Source: a bacterium
GTDB lineage: Bacteria > Zhuqueibacterota > Zhuqueibacteria > Oceanimicrobiales > Oceanimicrobiaceae
Length of the DNA: 41,720 nt
Direction of reading: 5' to 3'
NCBI GenBank assembly: GCA_046757165.1
Contig: JBHHXT010000024.1
Coordinates: forward strand, 1-41,720
Part shown: piece after piece, positions 37,842 to 41,720 of the stretch
How the letters are laid out: every line of letters begins with the position of its first letter
How positions within the stretch are numbered: position 1 is the first letter of the stretch
Translations under genes and position numbers: made by a program
The notes under the pieces: generated by a model
The model's database searches: none
What the model saw: only the letters and a program-made list of their open reading frames with translations
What the model was told of the DNA's origin: nothing

Positions 37842-38333
37842 CTAGGCGAACGCTTTCAAAATTTCGCGATGCAGACTCTCCAAGTCCCCATAAGCCTTTT
37901 GAATTTCGAGCACTTTCTTCTCGAGCTCACGCATCAGTTTCTGTTTTTCGAGCCCATTGCGCAACACAATCCTCAGGTTGTCATTGTCCCATGGTTTTTC
38001 AACATATTGATACAAGCCAACGTCATTTATGGCTTTGATGGCATTTTCTTTGTCTGCGTATCCGGTCAAAATGATACGGGTGATCTGCGGGTCTATCTTC
38101 TTGACATTGGCCAGAAAACTGATTCCGTCCATCTCATCCATCAGATAATCTGAGATAACCAGGTCGACCCGGTTCTGTTTGACATATTCCAGGGCCTTGT
38201 GAGCAGACATGAAAGTGACGACTTCGTAATCGGTTTCCATCTCCAGAAAGGTCTTCAAGGGGGTCAAAACAATTTCATCATCATCGAGGATTAGGATTCT
38301 TGCTCGGGTGGGTTCTTCTTGGTTCGTTGACAT
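37842..38333 (-). CDS. Response regulator: receiver domain plus short coiled coil, no output domain
   Basis: ILDDD, ISDYLMDEMDG, LTGYAD, EKPW. ATG 38333 has AGGAG upstream (track start 38381). Confidence 0.92.
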   Translation of the reverse strand: MSTNQEEPTRARILILDDDEIVLTPLKTFLEMETDYEVVTFMSAHKALEYVKQNRVDLVISDYLMDEMDGISFLANVKKIDPQITRIILTGYADKENAIKAINDVGLYQYVEKPWDNDNLRIVLRNGLEKQKLMRELEKKVLEIQKAYGDLESLHREILKAFA

Positions 38334-38380
38334 GGATGAACTCCTATGAAAGTCTAAGCCTAGCTCGCTAGAAATTGGCA

Positions 38381-38812
38381 TCAGTTAATGGGTCTGACCA
38401 GGTCGCTCAGCGCGCGCAGACGCCGTGCCAGGGAGCGGAGAACGGCTTCAGCGATTCGAACATGGTCAGAGAGTAAATCATAAAAATCATCTTTGGCAAT
38501 ACGCAACGTCCTGGTGTGTTCAGTCGCGGTCGCCGTTGCGACGCGTGGTTTGTCATCAAAGAGGGACCACGTGCCGACCGCTTCATGGCTGCCGACTGTG
38601 CTGATTTCCTCACCATTGCGGTGCAACTTGACTTTGCCGTCTATGATGAGGTAGAGCGAATCCGCAGATTCGTTCATCTCGTACAGCGCGGCACCCGGCA
38701 AGAAAGAAATTTCCTCAGCAATCCGTGCCAGGTAGGCCAGGTCCTCAACGCGTACCTCTTTGAAAACGTCGATATCTTGTAAGAAAATAACTTTTTCGAT
38801 GACGGAATACAT
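38381..38812 (-). CDS. Stand-alone cyclic nucleotide-binding domain protein
   Basis: EKVIFLQ...F, LYLIIDGKV, phosphate-binding cassette variant VGTWSLFDDKPRVATA, C-helix; no HTH. Confidence 0.88.
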   Translation of the reverse strand: MYSVIEKVIFLQDIDVFKEVRVEDLAYLARIAEEISFLPGAALYEMNESADSLYLIIDGKVKLHRNGEEISTVGSHEAVGTWSLFDDKPRVATATATEHTRTLRIAKDDFYDLLSDHVRIAEAVLRSLARRLRALSDLVRPIN

Positions 38813-38856
38813 GAACGTTTAATTTATGAATAACAAGTCAAAAACACAACGAGATT

Positions 38857-41622
38857 CTATTCGGATTTTCTCACCAGATGTTCCGCCGTTTCCTTGACAA
38901 GCAAGCTTTGTGCGGTTCGGGCTTTTTCTATCTGATGCTGGAACGCATTGGCAAGATCGCTGTTGCCAACAACATAGAGCGCACAAGCCCTGAGCCACTC
39001 GTCTTCTCCTGCTATCAGATAGTGCAGCGCCTCGGTGTGATTCCCGATCTCGATGTCGAGGTAGCCATCCGCCCGCTGCAAGACCTGCTCAACGGGCCAG
39101 TCTTCTACAATCGGCAACAGGACGCGCTTGACCTCCTTCGACAGGATGTTGTCGAGAAATTCGACAGCATTCGCGCGTACAGACATATTGTCGCTTGTTG
39201 AAGCCGCGAAGGCATTGTAGATATCTCTGGGCGGATAGCGCAACCCCAGCAGCCGGAAGATCCGCTCGAGATGGTCGTCAAGCCGCTCCTGCAGCGCCTG
39301 CTGCAGCAAATTCACGCCCGCTGAATGGCGGCCGTTTTCTTCCATCTCTGAGCTGTGCAAGATCGCCAGAATGCGGAAATACCGTTTCAGCTCGGCCTTC
39401 AACGCCGTGTCGACACGCTGGTCAAAGGTCAGGTCCGGCAGGCGTTTCCTCAGTTTGTTGAGGGCTTTGATGGTGTGATACCGCAAAGACTCGTCCGGCC
39501 GGTCGAGAAGGGCCAAAAGTATTTCTACGGCGCGCTGGCTGGCGATCCGGCTCAACACTTTCGTGATGTTGACGCGACTGGCCAGCGGCACATCTTCATT
39601 TTGCAGGGCTTCGGCTAATTCAGGCGTCACGCGGTCCCCGTAACGAGCCAAAGCTTCCCGTGCCGGCTCGCGAAAGGCGTGGTAGTCAAGGTTTGTAATT
39701 AAGACCTGGACAAATTCTTTGTCAGCAGTCATGCCGGCACTCTGAATCGCGCGCATTTTGACTTTTTCGTCGCCATCTTGCAGCAGCTCAAACAAGTAGC
39801 GGTAGGTGCTCTTGTCTCTGAGAATTCCCAGGGCCCCGGCTATCTGTGACCTTGCCTCCTGGTCTCCCTTCAGAAAAGATTGGATCGCCTCGGGACTGAG
39901 CAGTTTCCTGGCCAGCTCGCCGTTTTCGGCCAGATAGTACAATGCTGCGCCTCTAAACTTGCAGTCATCGGCCTGCAGCCAGCCGCTGATGAGCGCCTCG
40001 GGCCCGTCCTGAGAGAATTCAGCGACGATGCGTACGGCCTCCCGGCGCACGTTTTCATCTGCATCATTGAGCAAGGGTTGGACCGGCGCAAGCAAGTTTT
40101 TCAGCTTGTGCTGGTAGACGAGCTGCAGCGTGTGGTGGCGCACCTCGGGGGAGTTGTGCTGGAACAGATTCTGCTTGAGATAGCCGCTCAGTTTGATGTC
40201 ACTGACTGACTGCAGCAGTTGCAGTGCATAGACCACCTGGCGTTCGTTTTTGCTCTCCAATGCCGTCAGAAGGGTCGCGATGGTATCCTGCTCTTTGATC
40301 GACACGGACACGGATTCCAAATCGATGTTCCGTTTGGCAATCGCCTGCCGGAATGAGTTGACATACTCGCGAGCGGTAAGGACCACGAGCACGAGCCAGA
40401 GTGAAATCAAAGCGAGGGAGACCAGGCTTATCTGTGCGACACTCAACCCCAGGCCGGTGAAAAAAATCAACAACAGCACCCCGGCCATGCCGCGGGCAAA
40501 CCTGTCCGCCAACATGTCGAGGAGAGCCTTTGTCTTGTTTTTTACCTCAGCCGGCAGGGGCAGGTAGAGCAGCTCCATGCCGACCCGGTTGATGGAGTGC
40601 CGGAAAGCGCCGTCGCTAACTTTCATGGCCAGGATCGCAATCAAACCGTAACTCAGAAATACCGATAGGGAGGTGATGAGCAGAGCGAGGGGCAGAAACA
40701 GAATGGTGACCTTGACCCCGAATTTTTGCAAGATCAGGTTTGCAAACATAAACTGAAAGATCAACGCGATCACGCTCAGATTGGAAATCCAGAATCCGAG
40801 AAAGCCCGTCAGGGCGTCCAGGCTAACCATCTCCTGACTCGCGAAAGCGATGAACTGAAAATCGGCAATTTGTACCACCACATAGGTCAACACGACAATA
40901 CCGAGCAGGTAAGTCAGATGACGGGAGTTTTTGATCAGGGAAGTGGCTTCCGCGATAATCTTGAAAGAGTTCTGGGGGTCTTGTGGCGGGTGCGGCCGGC
41001 GGCGGAGGTCGCTGGCCTGGACACGGTTGCGCCAGCCGGCGTTGATGCAAACCAGAGCTATGAGCAACAGCGCGATACAAAAGAAAGCCAGGTTTGCCGT
41101 GCCGCCAATTTGTTTGACCAGAAAATGCGTGGCATACCCGCCCATGATAGCGCCCGACAACGCGCTCGCGATCAGAATCGGGAACAGACGCTTCGCTTCA
41201 CGGGAATTGAAGACGTAATTGGCCAGCAACCAGAATTGCGTCGTGGTCACCATGCCATAGATACTGGCCCAGATAAACAGGCCGTAGTAAAGCAGCCGCG
41301 ACTGAATCTCGAGCTGAAGCAGCCACCAAAAAAGAAGTAACGTGGCCATCAAGATGATGGTGGTATAGTTGATCAGCCTATCCAGCCTCAGCCTGGCCGA
41401 GAATCGCAAATAGAAGACCATGAAGACGCCCACCACCACCGCCAGCATCATGTAGAGCACGGGCATCTGCTGCAATCCCATATTCGAGACGAACAGGGAG
41501 CGCGTCATCGGCTTCAAAACGTTGTAGGAGGCGATGATGATGAAAATGTAGCTCGCCATGATGAAGACGCGCTTGAGCTCGCCCGGCCGGACCCCTGAAA
41601 TCTTTCTAACTAGCGGTATCAA
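38857..41622 (-). CDS. NTT/TLC-family (Npt1/Npt2-like) nucleotide transporter fused to HEAT repeats
   Basis: About 12 TM N-terminal domain with Y..LKP..RSLF, QFWLLAN..F..REAKRLF and LYLPLP...K.KTK...D...R; C-terminal HEAT-like repeats (VRREAVR, RVNI..VL, RANAVEFLDN, WLRACA). TTG start. Confidence 0.88.
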   Translation of the reverse strand: MIPLVRKISGVRPGELKRVFIMASYIFIIIASYNVLKPMTRSLFVSNMGLQQMPVLYMMLAVVVGVFMVFYLRFSARLRLDRLINYTTIILMATLLLFWWLLQLEIQSRLLYYGLFIWASIYGMVTTTQFWLLANYVFNSREAKRLFPILIASALSGAIMGGYATHFLVKQIGGTANLAFFCIALLLIALVCINAGWRNRVQASDLRRRPHPPQDPQNSFKIIAEATSLIKNSRHLTYLLGIVVLTYVVVQIADFQFIAFASQEMVSLDALTGFLGFWISNLSVIALIFQFMFANLILQKFGVKVTILFLPLALLITSLSVFLSYGLIAILAMKVSDGAFRHSINRVGMELLYLPLPAEVKNKTKALLDMLADRFARGMAGVLLLIFFTGLGLSVAQISLVSLALISLWLVLVVLTAREYVNSFRQAIAKRNIDLESVSVSIKEQDTIATLLTALESKNERQVVYALQLLQSVSDIKLSGYLKQNLFQHNSPEVRHHTLQLVYQHKLKNLLAPVQPLLNDADENVRREAVRIVAEFSQDGPEALISGWLQADDCKFRGAALYYLAENGELARKLLSPEAIQSFLKGDQEARSQIAGALGILRDKSTYRYLFELLQDGDEKVKMRAIQSAGMTADKEFVQVLITNLDYHAFREPAREALARYGDRVTPELAEALQNEDVPLASRVNITKVLSRIASQRAVEILLALLDRPDESLRYHTIKALNKLRKRLPDLTFDQRVDTALKAELKRYFRILAILHSSEMEENGRHSAGVNLLQQALQERLDDHLERIFRLLGLRYPPRDIYNAFAASTSDNMSVRANAVEFLDNILSKEVKRVLLPIVEDWPVEQVLQRADGYLDIEIGNHTEALHYLIAGEDEWLRACALYVVGNSDLANAFQHQIEKARTAQSLLVKETAEHLVRKSE

Positions 41623-41682
41623 TTTGGATGGCTTTCATCTCTGAAACCTAACTGTGTCCGAAACAGGTATAAATCCTTGAAA

Positions 41683-41711
41683 AAGATAAGCAACTTCGAG
41701 TTCATTGTCAA
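41683..41711 (-). promoter_or_regulatory. Sigma70 promoter for the NTT-HEAT operon
   Basis: Minus strand TTGACA-N17-TATCTT, about 60 nt upstream of the start. Confidence 0.65.
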
Positions 41712-41720
41712 ATGAATATT

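Overview
Bacterial chromosomal window of a diderm organism. Gene content and order are suggestive of the FCB neighbourhood such as KSB1/Calditrichota, but that is inference only. Left to right it holds: an outer-membrane barrel plus large lipoprotein pair; a minus-strand operon (polyprenyl synthase, PTS IIC, IID, HPr, EI, IMPase/FBPase, metK, ahcY); an orphan TolC; an eroded AT-rich addiction-module/ParE toxin-antitoxin remnant; a CcmH-like gene; a complete tol-pal-cpoB cluster; a GYF_2-MinD/FlhG fusion; Nramp, lspA, xdhC, an acyltransferase and thiO. The right half is accessory and signalling. It has a putative sigma28-driven pair of small proteins sharing a C-terminal VDVF[A/G] motif, one with HExxH (SprA-related). 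It has an AAA_14/DUF4143 ATPase-nuclease cassette with its own promoter and operator-like repeats, flanked by a ~200-245 bp reciprocally decayed target duplication. It ends in a dense cluster of a REC-5xPAS kinase, PDZ-membrane-GAF-SpoIIE phosphatase, sensorless kinase, GAF kinase, output-less response regulator, non-canonical cNMP-binding protein and NTT-HEAT transporter. Several unrelated REP/REPIN-like palindromes occupy intergenic spaces. I recognised no rRNA, tRNA, CRISPR array, transposase or integrase. All family assignments are from motif recognition by eye, not database searches.
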